Of a DNA stretch of 57,715 bases, positions 12,094-23,585 are shown one piece after another (within the stretch, counting starts at the first letter, position 1; every line of letters starts with the position of its first letter). Source of the stretch: Chromera velia (Eukaryota); assembly GCA_018398765.1 (NCBI GenBank), contig JAHBMJ010000074.1, forward strand, positions 1 through 57,715, read 5' to 3'. Below the pieces are notes generated by a model. That model made no database searches. It saw nothing but the letters and a program-made list of their open reading frames with translations, and was not told the DNA's origin. A program made the translations under genes and the position numbers.

Positions 12094-13366
12094 TGTCTGT
12101 CTGTCTGTCTGCAGACTTCCCAATCTGCCAAGTTGGCCTCTCGAATCGTCTCCTCCCCTCCACTGAATGGCCAAAGAATTGCGGCGTCGAGGGAAAAAGA
12201 GATTTTGGACTTCGACATCAAGGCGCCGTTGAATAAGGAGGGAGGGAGGTCCGTCTTCTGTCTGTGAATGAGTGAGTGAGTGAGTGAGTGAGGATGGGGG
12301 GGGGGCATTCATTCAGTAAGAATGATCGACGAGTAGCGTTTTGCGTTTTTGTTGCATAATTCTGCTCCTCAAAGGAGCAAAAGTAGTAGGCTGCATCTGC
12401 TTCCATCGGTTGATCGTTTCTTTTGAGCATGCATACCTACACGTGTGCATGGAAGGAACATTTGATCAAGTGATTGATTGCTTGGGTCCAGAAAATACGA
12501 GGCAGCGTTTCTGCAGAAACGAAAACTGCAGGTCAATGCAAATCCTTTCAAGTTGCCACCATCCATACCGTATTCATACTGCTGACTTACAAGTCGGGGA
12601 GTCCTTCGGCGACGTTTTCTGTCTCTCTCTGTCTCTTCTGTTCCTTCCTTTCACTGGCTCGGAATGGCCGGTATGGAGAAGAATCGGGAGATGTTGCACG
12701 ACTGTCTCAATCAAAGACGTGCAGTTTACTTTTTGTCGTCTGCACGCGGTCTCTACAAACACTTCTCTCCTGTCGTGCAGAATAGTCTTTTTTGTCAACT
12801 ATCCAAGAAGTCGCGTACGCATTTCTGAAATGAAAACATCTCAATGTCTTAAAAGGTCATGCGAAATGTCCTGATCGTTCTTCTCAATATACTTTTTGTT
12901 TTGTTTGTTTGTCATTTGCTGCCTGGAAGAAAGCCTCTGTTTGCAGACTGGAACTGTTGGACTATCTGGACTCTCTGAAGGCAAAACGAGAAGAACCCTT
13001 GAGCTCTTACAGAGGATGGAGCTCTGTATCCCATGGTGGGGAAAGAAAGACATGCATTCGGTCACTCACTCATCCATTCATTCATTCTGTCTGTCTGTCT
13101 GTTCTTGGTGAGAGAGAGAGAGAGAGAGGGAGGGGCCCTTCACCCTCTTTACAGAGAGAAAGCCAGGGCGGGCTGCAAAGGCAGAGGAAGTCCTTGCGTA
13201 CATTTGTGTCACTGTCACTGTATGCGTACGTGACAGTTTGTAGGCAAGGGTATGGAAGGGAAGGGAAAGAAAGGAAACGGAATGGAAGGGAAGGTCGTGA
13301 CTGCATGGCTGGGCGTGTGGATGTCTTCACTGCTGCGGTGGCTTGCTTGACAATTTCCTCCATCCT

Positions 13367-13405
<39 letters not shown>

Positions 13406-13691
13406 TCTTTCGGAATTTTTGAGAGGAGAGAGGTAAGGAATTCCCGTACGAAAGGCTCTTTTCTTTTCTCTTCTTTTCTCTTCTTTTGTGTGTAGTACTA
13501 TACGTTGGGAGCGAGGGAGGGAGGGAGGGAGATTCTCTTTCCTTCCTCCCGGCTTTCGTCTGTCTCTGCCTGTGCTTTCGTTCGCTCGTTCGTTCAGATC
13601 ATCCAGCCATGCAGTTACGTGTTTGTAACGCTTTGCTCTTTGCTTTTGTGCGCGTGGAATTTAGAATATGAATGGATGGATGGATGGATGG

Positions 13692-13727
<36 letters not shown>

Positions 13728-14998
13728 ATGGATGGATGCAGGACTGTACTCGATTTTAAATTTTCTGGAGACTTTGACCTTGGTGGACTACTCAATTCTT
13801 ATGAGCACGTTCCGGCTGAGAAGACAGGAAACAAGTCTGTCTGTGTACGTGTCTGTCTGTTTGTCTGTGTGCATGTCTGTCTGTCTGTCTGTCTGTCTAT
13901 CTGTCTGTCTGTCTGTCGCTCTGTCTGTCTGTCTGTCTGTCTGTGTATCCGTCTGTCTGTCTCTCAAGATGAAGGAAAGGAAAGGAAAGGCAAGGGACGG
14001 GAAGGGAAGGGAAGGGAAGGGAAAAGAAAGATAGGGAGGGAGGGAACGCTCCGTCGCTCCTCTGGCCGTCCTTCTTTCTTTCTTGCTTTCTGTCTCTGTG
14101 TCTGTCTGTCTGTCTCTTTTTTTCTCTTCCTCNNNNNNNNNNNNNNNNNNNNNNNNNNNNNNNNNNNNNNNNNNNNNNNNNNNNNNNNNNNNNNNNNNNN
14201 NNNNNNNNNNNNNNNNNNNNNNNNNNNNNNNNNNNNNNNNNNNNNNNNNNNNNNNNNNNNNNNNNNNNNNNNNNNNNNNNNNNNNNNNNNNNNNNNNNNN
14301 NNNNNNNNNNNNNNNNNNNNNNNNNNNNNNNNNNNNNNNNNNNNNNNNNNNNNNNNNNNNNNNNNNNNNNNNNNNNNNNNNNNNNNNNNNNNNNNNNNNN
14401 NNNNNNNNNNNNNNNNNNCCCCCCCCCTCTCTCTCTCACACACACACATACACGCACACTGTCTGCCTGCGTGCGTGCGTGCGTGCGTGCGTGCCTGCCT
14501 GCCTGTCTGTCTGTCTGTCTGTCTGTCTCTCTGTCTGTCTGTCTGTGTATCTTTGTGGAATTCCAGGCTCACGAACACACCTGTGCATGTATGTGTGGGT
14601 GATGCGTTTTTTTTTAATGCAGGAGATTACGAAGATGAAACAGCTGAAGACGCACCTGCAGATCTATTCCGAAAGGTCCGTCCGACACAGGGGTCGCTTT
14701 TTCTTTCATCCATTTTTTCAAGTTCATTTGTCTTTTCATAAAGGCCGGCAGTAGGACAAGGAGCCATGCATACAGGCAGGCAATCAGGCACACGTACAGA
14801 CAAACGTCATGTAAGTTAGTAAGTAAGAGTTTTCGGATGGGAAGTAACGGACAAGAAAAGCAAGCATCCACTGGCAACGCTTTCTGGAATTAATAGTCAA
14901 TGTACATCCACGCAAACAATCAAAAAAGACATTTTATTCGATGCTTCCCTGACACCATCAGCGGTGCATTGGTGCAATGATCCAAGTAAAAGTGGAAT

Positions 14999-15038
<40 letters not shown>

Positions 15039-18000
15039 GAGTGGTTGTGATCGGCGTGAAAAGATGTGTATGTGACTTTGTGTGGTTGCAGTATCTTCCT
15101 CACTGCCTCTTTTCACCCGAGAAGATGGTGAGAATGGAAATTCTCCAAGGGGGCCTCCGTAAATTCACATATGAAAGGTCGGCATGGGAGGGGTCCGGGG
15201 TCCCTCTCTATGGCTGGCTTGCTCTCGCTCTGTGTGTACGTATGAGTACTAATCTTCTGACGCGTGTAAATTTGAGAAATTCAAAACCTATGGTTTTTGT
15301 GATTGCCTGTCTCAGGAAGAAGTTTTTGACCATTCGCAAGAACAAAGAGAGACAGAATTAGGTTGAACAAAGAAAGGGCTTCTTTGCTGATTGATCAGAG
15401 GGGCACCTCTATCTATTGCGTGCGTCATTCAGGGGGGCACCTCTATCTATTACGTGCGTCATTGTGCTCTTTCTCTCTCTTTTCTTTCAGACTACAATGA
15501 GTGCATAGAGACGTCTCTCTCGTGTCGAATTGTCTCGCCTCGTCTTGTTCGTCCGTCGCAAATTAAATCTGCTCCCTGCTTCTGCCCTGACGTTTTTTGA
15601 GAACCGAAGACGAATTGTCGTATTTTTTTTATTCGACTAGAGAATTTGCCTCAAACCTCAACTCTCTTTCTGCTTTGAAAGAGCCAAAAGCCATTCTCCT
15701 CATTTCCCCCATTCTGCCTCCCTCATGCACTGAAAATTGATCAGCAATTCACATCTTCACCCAGTAATACAACTCAGATGGCATTTGGTGAATAGCTTTT
15801 CTGGTTCTGTCGCTGCCCTTGGTTTCCAAATTTTGCCTGCCTGCCTGCAGAAATGTGTTCTGTCTTCCTCTTATTGACTGGCAAAAAGACTGGCAAGCTT
15901 CTCTGTGGGACAGGAGCTCCGATAAAATTAACGGGAACAAATACAGGTACGTGGGTGAACAATGATTACTTGGAGCCTCAGACGCATGGATAGGTGGATG
16001 GATGGACTTATGTGTTGACGACTGCCGGAGAACGTACGTGACAATTTTGTCACAGCCAATGGAAACCTTGGGAAGCTGCATGTGTCATCTGATGCATTCT
16101 CTGTTTGCCATTGACGCACGCAAAATTTGGATGCATCCTTGCGTGCGTCAATGGAAACCTTGGGAAGCTGCATGTGTCATCTGATGCATTCTCTCTTTGC
16201 CATTGACGCACGCAAAATTTGGATACGTCCTTGCGTGCGTCAATGGAAACCTTGGGAAGCTGTATGTGTCATCTGATGCATTCTCTGTTTGCCATTGACG
16301 CACGCAAAATTTGGATGCGTCCTTGCGTGCGTCAATGGAAACCTTGGGAAGCTGCATGTGTCATCTGATGCATTCTCTGTTTGCCATTGACGCACGCAAA
16401 ATTTGGATGCGTCCTTGCGTGCGTCAATGGAAACCTTGGGGGGCTGCATGGGTCATCTGATGCATTCTCTGTTTGCCATTGACGCACGCAAAATTTGGAT
16501 GCGTCCTTGCGTGCGTCAATGGAAACCTTGGGAGGCTGCATGTGTCATCTGATGCATTCTCTGTTTGCCCATCTCACTTTGTGCGTATGCGTGCTCGAAT
16601 ATACGCCTTTTTTGTATTTGCGTGCATGCCTTTTTGCAGCCGAGTTTGTGTGTTTCTCTCTCTGGTTCTCTCGCTCTCCCCATTTCTGTCTCTCTTTTCA
16701 TGTCTATTTGTTGTCACATTTGAGTGAGCAATTGAGTGAGTGAGTAAATGAGCGAGTGAGTGAATGAGTGAGTAACTGAGTGAGTGAGCGAATGATCAAA
16801 TGAATGAGTGAGTGAATGAGTGAGTAACTGAGTGAATGAGTGAGTGATTGAGTGCAGATGTTACCATGTCGACTTCCACAACACTCTCTCTTGTCTAAGG
16901 TCAGCTTCAATCTCCTGCTGCAAAAATGAATGAAGGGTATGGCATTTTTTTTGTTTTTGAAAGTAAAGGCATGCAATCTCCTGCTGCAAAAACGAATGAA
17001 GGGTATGGCCATGTGGATGGACATTTCGAGTTGCATGGGAGGAGGAGGACACTGATCAGCTCATTTGTGCGACTCCTCTCTCTCTTCATCAAAACACAAG
17101 CATCCCATGCTCGTTCATCCTCGCTAAGGAAGACTGGCAGTGCCTGCAGAAAGAAAGTTGGAGAAGTTAAGCCAGATGGATCACTTTTGGATAGAAATTT
17201 CAGTTGAGACATGCAGACGTACTGCAAAGGCCGCATGCATGCAACACTTTGGAAAGTCACTTTGAGTGCTCCCGTGTTTGCCTCCGGTGAATCAATCCTC
17301 CAGTGGAAGAATTCCTTCCTCCCTTTCAAGCAAAGATTCTTTCCTTCCGTGCATGACTCATAAAATTAGGGGTCGTCTTATAGCACGCTTAATTGGTCCC
17401 TCATCCACGATGCCAAACCATTTTTCTTCAAACTCGGCTGGCTGCTCCTGCCGTCGGGTACTAACGAGGACAGACAGACAGACAGACAAACAGGCATGCA
17501 GCCATTGATTCGAGGGAGTCTGCGACTGACTGGTGCTTGACTGGGTGTCCTCATTATTCATTCCACGTCATCACGCTCCCATCTGCATGTCTGTCTATTA
17601 TTCTGCATGGTGCTGCTCCATGTTGAATCCGACCGACTTCTATGTGCACATGGATGGATGGATGGATGGACAGACGGATGGATGGATGGATGGATGCGTT
17701 TGCAGATACTGGAACTCTCCGGTACACGGCAGGTTCGGAACTCGGGTTGGAGCAGCGCAATTGGCGTCAGGGGGGGGCGCCCTGGCCGCGGGTGTGGACA
17801 CCAACCCGGGCACATTCATGCAAGATTGGATGGCGGCCTCGATCTTCTCGTCAGTCAGTCAGCCAGTCAGTCATGCAATCATTAATTCTGACAGCCAGCC
17901 AGCGAGTCATCCAATTAGTCAGTCGGTCAGTCTCAGTCAGAGTCGGCAGAGTTAGTTGATGTTTCTTCGCTCGCTGTCCCTACATGCACACGCGCGTTCA

Positions 18001-19379
18001 TGCTTACAGCTGGGCGCTGACGTCACACTCGAGCAAGCCAGTGAGTGCATGTGGCTTCCTTTCTTCCGGCCTTCGTGGGTCTTGCAGGTCCGACGCCCGT
18101 GTGACCTGCCACAAGTACATGCGGGACATCGACTCATTCAAGCACGACAAGGTCGGTGGTGGGTTGGCACGCTGATCGAAGGATAAACGACGGAAGGAAA
18201 GAAACAAAGTCACAATGGAAAGCAGAGAAGAAAAAGAAGAAGAAGGAAGAGAACGAGGAAGGAAGAAAGGAAGGAAGGAAGGAAGGAAGGAACGAAGGAA
18301 GGATCGGAGGAAAGAAAAAAGGAAAGAATGGAAGGAAGGGAGGAAAGAAGGAAGGAGGGAAGGAGGGAGGTAGGGAAAACCTAAAGACAAGGGACGGGTG
18401 AACAATGTTAAGACCTGAACGAGAAAGTACGTACACACACAACATACACACACAGAGACACACGCGCGCACACACACACACACTGACACGCACGGACACA
18501 CACAGGGAGAGAGAGAGAGAGAGAGAGAGAAGAAGCTGCCTAGTGTGTGAGAGAAGACTGAAGAACAGAAACGAAGGATCGCAATGTGCTTACACCAGCC
18601 CTTCAGGATTGAATATGCTTTCAACTGGTTGCAGTCTTTCAGTTTCCGAAAAGGAACTGCTTTTGAATTTGCGTGCGCAACCCCACTACGCTCTGCCTTG
18701 GCAAGCGGCGACTCGGCAATCTGCACACTGGAGTCAGTCAGTCACTTCTTAAGCATGCAAACCAACACTTTTACTCCTCAGCTTTCATGCTTGCTTGCGC
18801 GTTCGTTTGACTTATCGAATCGCGGCTTGCCCGTTCCTTCCGAGGCATGCAATGCAAAACACTTTCCGCAGACTCGATTCTCTTTTGTCCTTTTTGTTTC
18901 TGTTTTTGCGATTTTGTTCCCTCGTTTTGAATTTCTTGGGGTGTGTCGAAAGGCAAGTGTGTGCTTCTGGCCTGCGCCTGAGCGAGCCTGTCTGTTTATC
19001 TGTCTGTCCGACTATTCTTCTGTCTTCCTTCTCTGTTTCAATCCTTCTTTTTCGATCAGCAAATGGTTTTCTGTGACGATACACGCATCATTTACAGAAT
19101 AGAAGATTTTGTTTTTGCGTGCTGGTACTCTCTCTCTCTCTCACTCTCTCTCTCTGTGTGTGTGTAAGAACGTTCCTGGATTCCGTTTCTTTCTGTCTGT
19201 CTGTCTGTCTGTCTGTCTTTCTTTCTTTCTTTCTTTCTCCGACCATGAATGAATCGTGCAGCTCTGAGAGACAAAAAAAGGCCCGAATGAAGTACGTGAC
19301 CCCCTTCTGGTTCTTGCCTGAAAAAAACTCCCTTAACTTCAAATGGCCGACTTGTCCCAGAAAGGAAAATCAAAGGTAG
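7729..19379 (+). CDS. Signal-peptide protein with a divergent phosphatidylinositol-phosphate kinase (PIP5K-like) domain, about 503 aa, 18 exons
   Basis: Exons 7729-7855, 8047-8101, 8199-8230, 8423-8535, 9091-9137, 9823-9868, 10172-10238, 10814-10854, 11341-11445, 12115-12248, 12947-13035, 13742-13834, 14623-14675, 15092-15177, 17706-17849, 18088-18151, 18635-18732 and 19262-19379 join in frame (1512 nt). The N-terminus is hydrophobic ([22 protein letters not shown]). PIPK-like motifs appear in the correct order: [40 protein letters not shown]. The assembly gap could hide an exon, and the 3' end is uncertain. Confidence 0.7.
11231..11359 (+). mobile_element. 61-bp hairpin insert flanked by a perfect 34-bp direct repeat that spans a splice acceptor
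   Basis: GAATTCCTTGTGCAG|AGAAGGGGTTTCTCGGACA occurs at 11231-11264 and 11326-11359. The inverted arms ATGCGTTTACTTTCATACAGAAT (11264-11286) and ATTCTGTATGCAAGTAAACGCAT (11302-11324) are 22/23 complementary. Mobility is inferred. Confidence 0.6.
14133..14418. other. Assembly gap (N run) inside an intron
   Basis: 286 N characters. Confidence 0.99.
15774..17460 (-). other. Candidate nested antisense gene or gene fragment inside intron 15178-17705 of the PIPK-like gene
   Basis: GT-AG exon candidates 17460-17387, 17322-17261, 17143-17051, 16917-16865, 16075-16008 and 15844-15774 join in one frame ([93 protein letters not shown]...). Sites were chosen by hand, there is no clear start, and no family was recognised. 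Confidence 0.35.
16057..16569. repeat. 92-bp tandem array (5.6 units), each unit with a perfect 16-bp inverted repeat
   Basis: Units start at 16057, 16149, 16241, 16333, 16425 and 16517. Each full period contains CCATTGACGCACGCAA, a 15-nt loop, then TTGCGTGCGTCAATGG. Confidence 0.95.
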
Positions 19380-20784
19380 CAAAGGGGAGGGAGGCGAGGA
19401 CCCTCCGGGCAGGCAGCCAACCGAAGGCAGGGGGGGAGGGGGGGAGGGAGGGAGGGAGACGGAAGATGGGAAGGAAGAAAGGAAGGAAGGAAGGAGAAAA
19501 AAGAGACAGAGGCACAAATGAGTTCACAGAGAGCGGAGAGCTGGTTGGTCTGTCCTTTCATCAAAAAAAGAAAAGAAAAGAGGACCGAATGAAGACATAA
19601 ATTACACCATCTAGAGAGTGAGTGAATATGCGGGGAGAGAAACAGTCAAGTTGGGAGCTAGGGAAGAGGGGAAAAGACAAACGAGGAAACTTAAAGGTAG
19701 GAAAGAAGAATTCTGTTCCCATTGCAGCAGATTGAGGAGAGGAGAGTGATTCCACTCTCTCCACTGGGGGGGGGAGGGGGCGGGGAATGTAGTGAAAATG
19801 ACACAACTCCAAAGGGACCGAAGTTTAAGAGACAAAAATGTTTTCTGACACTCACCGCCTTTTTGTCCTCCCTTTCTTCCCATTTTGGCAACGTTGCATG
19901 CATGTGAGATCCCTCGACCCAAGTTGGTTTTAATAAATTGGCTTGATGGATGAATCAAGTGGGTGGCGCGAGAAGGGTCAGAGAGAAAGCTGAGCAGGAA
20001 GGGGAGGAGAAAGACGCGAAAAGTATGAAACGAGAAGTAAAGAAAGGCAAAAAGAAGAGGGGACAAATTGATTAGACAAATCAATATAAAGTTTCAATCA
20101 GAAAAGACACACAAAGGTGGACGATGGGAGAGACTACTTCAAAAGGTCTTCACGGAATTTTGGACTAAGAAAGGGTACGGGGGAGAAAAGAGTCAGTTGG
20201 TCATGAAGTAAGTTAAGCAAGTGCGACATGATCGAATTTTGTCTGTCTGTCTGTCCGTGCATGCATTTATGCATGCATCTTTGCACGTGAAGGGAGGAAG
20301 GCTTGATAGAATTAATGCCGTCAGTCGATCAACATGCAAGGAGGGAAGGAAGGAAGGAAGGAAGGAACGGGGAAGCGCCCGGCCGGCCCTTCCCTCGTAG
20401 GACTGCAGCTAGTCCGGGGAGGGAGACAATTAAGCAGAGAGACAAAAAGATGACAGGCAGGCACACAGATGCATGGGGAGAAGAAATTTAAGTTTTTTCA
20501 TCCAAAGAAAGTTTGAATTAAGTGCGGCATCATGCAGTCTCAAGGATAATTAAAGGATGGGGGGGGGAAGGGGTGGGGGCAAGAGAGACGAAAACAGATA
20601 GAGGGGAAAGAGAGAGGATAGAACATCTGAAAAATGTGAGGAATGAGAAATGCACTGGTAGAAACAGACAGGCAGAAAGACAGACCTCAGGTGCATCCAG
20701 ATTGACAAAACCAAGAATCAACGAAAAACAAAAAGAGACAGAGGGCTGCACGGGTGGAAGAGGAGGGAGAATGGGAGACACACA

Positions 20785-20836
<52 letters not shown>

Positions 20837-21489
20837 AAGAAAGCCATCCGTCATCTAAAAAAGTCCATGCCGATTCATGATTTGAATCCAATACATGGTT
20901 AGTCACTAATAATCACTCACTGTCACCCATTGTGGTCCTTCTTTCCTGTCGAAGAACGAACCTTTTTCTTTTGCCTTCGGACTGTATATGTTCAAGTTTT
21001 CTCAATGAAGGGAAAATACTTGGTCACTGTGTCATTCCAGATTCACCTCAGGCTCAGGCATGACTGTGTAACTTTAATGCGAAGTTTGTTAATACAATAT
21101 GTGAATCCAGTATTCAATCCACTCAAACTGCATATTTTTGGTAGTTGTTGAATGAAATTGCCTGTAAGCTAAAACGGTGAAAAAATGTTAAAAATATACT
21201 GTTTTGAAAAAGATAACTCCCCTTACTCCCCAAGACTGTAGCATACCGTAGTTCAAACTGCGTGGTACGTAAATTAATGATTTTTCCTAGGATTTTTCTT
21301 CTAGTTTGGCCTCCAGTCCCTGGATATAAATTCAATTAGATGAAAATCCTGTATCTTACTTGCAAAAAACAATATGTAATATGTATATTTAAATTTAATA
21401 GTTTAGATTCAAAACTTTCGAGCTAGCTTTAGAGAGTAGTAGAGAGTTAGATGGAGATAGACTCGGAGGTGGAATCTTAGCTTTAGAGC

Positions 21490-22296
21490 TAATGACCAGA
21501 TTTGATTTAATAGGATTTGATTTGATTTGATTTGATTTGAGCTTCAAGCTCAAATCTGACCAGATTTGAGGAAGATTTGAGGTTGAAGTCTAGAGGTCAC
21601 TCTCAACAGTACTGAAGACGACATAATAGTGATAACACAGTCGATACCACTAGCAAATTCTAGAAAGCCTTAGAGACAAGAAAACTACTAGAAACTAGAC
21701 TAAATTAAGACTCTCAAAATTATAATAAACTATTGTCAAAGCTAAGAGTTTACATAAGTTTTTATCTTAGCTAGTTTCTTAGAGTTATCCTAGAGAGTCA
21801 TCTTAATTTAAGACTAGAATTTTCTTGTTGTTATGCATGACCTGTAGGATTGTTTGACATCGTTGATCGGTTTGATAGGGGGGGGCCCAAGAAAGGCCCA
21901 AGGCAATTTAAGAAAAAAGCGTAAAAACTGCCACAGCACAACAAAAAACCACTTCAAACCCTCAATCAAAACTTGAATGTCTGAAAAATAGACTAGATAA
22001 CCTCTTTTTCACTGAACAGACCTTTGGAATTAAAAGCTTTTAGGCGTTCATATTCATGTAAAACCGATGAAAAAATCTTTTTATGATCATTTTTTTTTTT
22101 CCACACAAAAAAGTGTGAAGACTCATTTGAGAGACTGGATGACGGATTGACCTCAAAGATTTGAGATTAAAGGGTCAGATTTGAAGTAGATTTGATAGGA
22201 TTTGATAGACCCTATCATGGTAAAGTTTCTCAGGCCTAAGATTTAATTTGAGGTTAAGCTCTACTTTAAATCAAATCAAATCAAATCTGGTTACTA
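21490..22296. mobile_element. Non-autonomous hAT-type DNA transposon (MITE), about 807 bp
   Basis: The left end TAATGACCAGATTTGATTT and right end AAATCAAATCTGGTTACTA form a 17/19 inverted match. An identical 8-bp flank, TTTAGAGC, sits at 21482-21489 and 22297-22304. There are many subterminal GATTTGA repeats and no ORF. An 8-bp TSD is typical of hAT. Confidence 0.85.
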
Positions 22297-23446
22297 TTTA
22301 GAGCTTAAAGCTATACCTTGGCTTATAGAGCTGGGAGGTAGAACCTCAGTTACTTTAGCTTAGGCAGATTCCCTCCCCCCGCCTGGTAGAGGTATAAGGA
22401 TGTATCTAAGGATCTAGCTAGGGATATATATATACAGCTAGATAGTAGAACCTAACTTACCTAAGTCAAGAAATTACCTAGAAAATCACTTCTTAAATAA
22501 CTTTTAAGTTCTATTTTGCTAGCTCTCACTGGCTTTTAAATATGGGTAGTGAAATGAAATAAAATGAGTTAGCTTAAAGCCGATGAGCCACCTCTTAGGC
22601 TCTGGCCAACCCGGCATGTCATGCAGAAATTTATTATGCAACCTACGTTCCATGGGGCATTTGAAAGCTTGCAAGACTAGGTGTGACTGAGTGTATCCAG
22701 CAAACTGGTACAGTTGTATTCTTACAACACACTTAGACTCTGTTCTGTGTCCGGGTTTCACCTTTCGCAGTGGTTGACAATGTGTGAGGAGACCCTTTTG
22801 AAGGGTCTAGCGTGAAGGTATCTGGAGACAGTGTGAGCAACACCTGTCTGCCGCTCCATCAACACCTTTATGACACCGAGTAGGCTTCCTGCTCTCTCCC
22901 TAGCCATGCTGGGCAACGTGTCTTCCTTGTTTCTTTACATTGCAGCCGGCTGCAGCCAACTTTGATGCTTCTGGGATTTGTTTGTGAGGCTGAAGAATGT
23001 GTTGCGTTCTTGTGGGACAATTTCTGCTGATGGAGAGCAAACAGCCCCCTGGTCTACCTAGAAGCTATCCCGACTGGGTCATTCGCTACAATCAAGGTCA
23101 GTGCAGTGATATACATCTATTGTGTTTGTTGGATGCAGGCTTCAAGCACTTCAGAGGAGCAAGACCCCTCCGGTGCCTGTAGGTATAGGTAAGTGGGAAG
23201 GATATATGTGGCTTTCGATATCAAACTTGCATGAAGTGTTCAGACATCCATCTAGTGCTTAAAAACACTTCTTGCCACCTTGGTGACTCGCTTACGTCGT
23301 GTCAGAGCTGTGCTCCTATGAGTTCGGGATGTGTCCAGAATGCAGCCCCCATGAATCTGGGACAGGAGAAATGATCATGGGGTCATCATAGGGGTCATGA
23401 TAGGGCATCTTACCCCCATGATTATCGTATGGACCGGGACCACATG

Positions 23447-23485
<39 letters not shown>

Positions 23486-23585
23486 CCAGGCCTATAGGTA
23501 TATATACAACCAGTTTTTGTCTAGTCTTATTCGTGTAACCTAGGTGTAACTATGTTTTTATGATGTCACTGCTATCTGATAATAA

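Noticed and set aside
16057..16569. CRISPR array interpretation (palindromic repeats at regular spacing)
   Set aside because: The intervening sequences are near-identical rather than unique spacers, there are no cas genes, and the context is eukaryotic. The same applies to 1-970.
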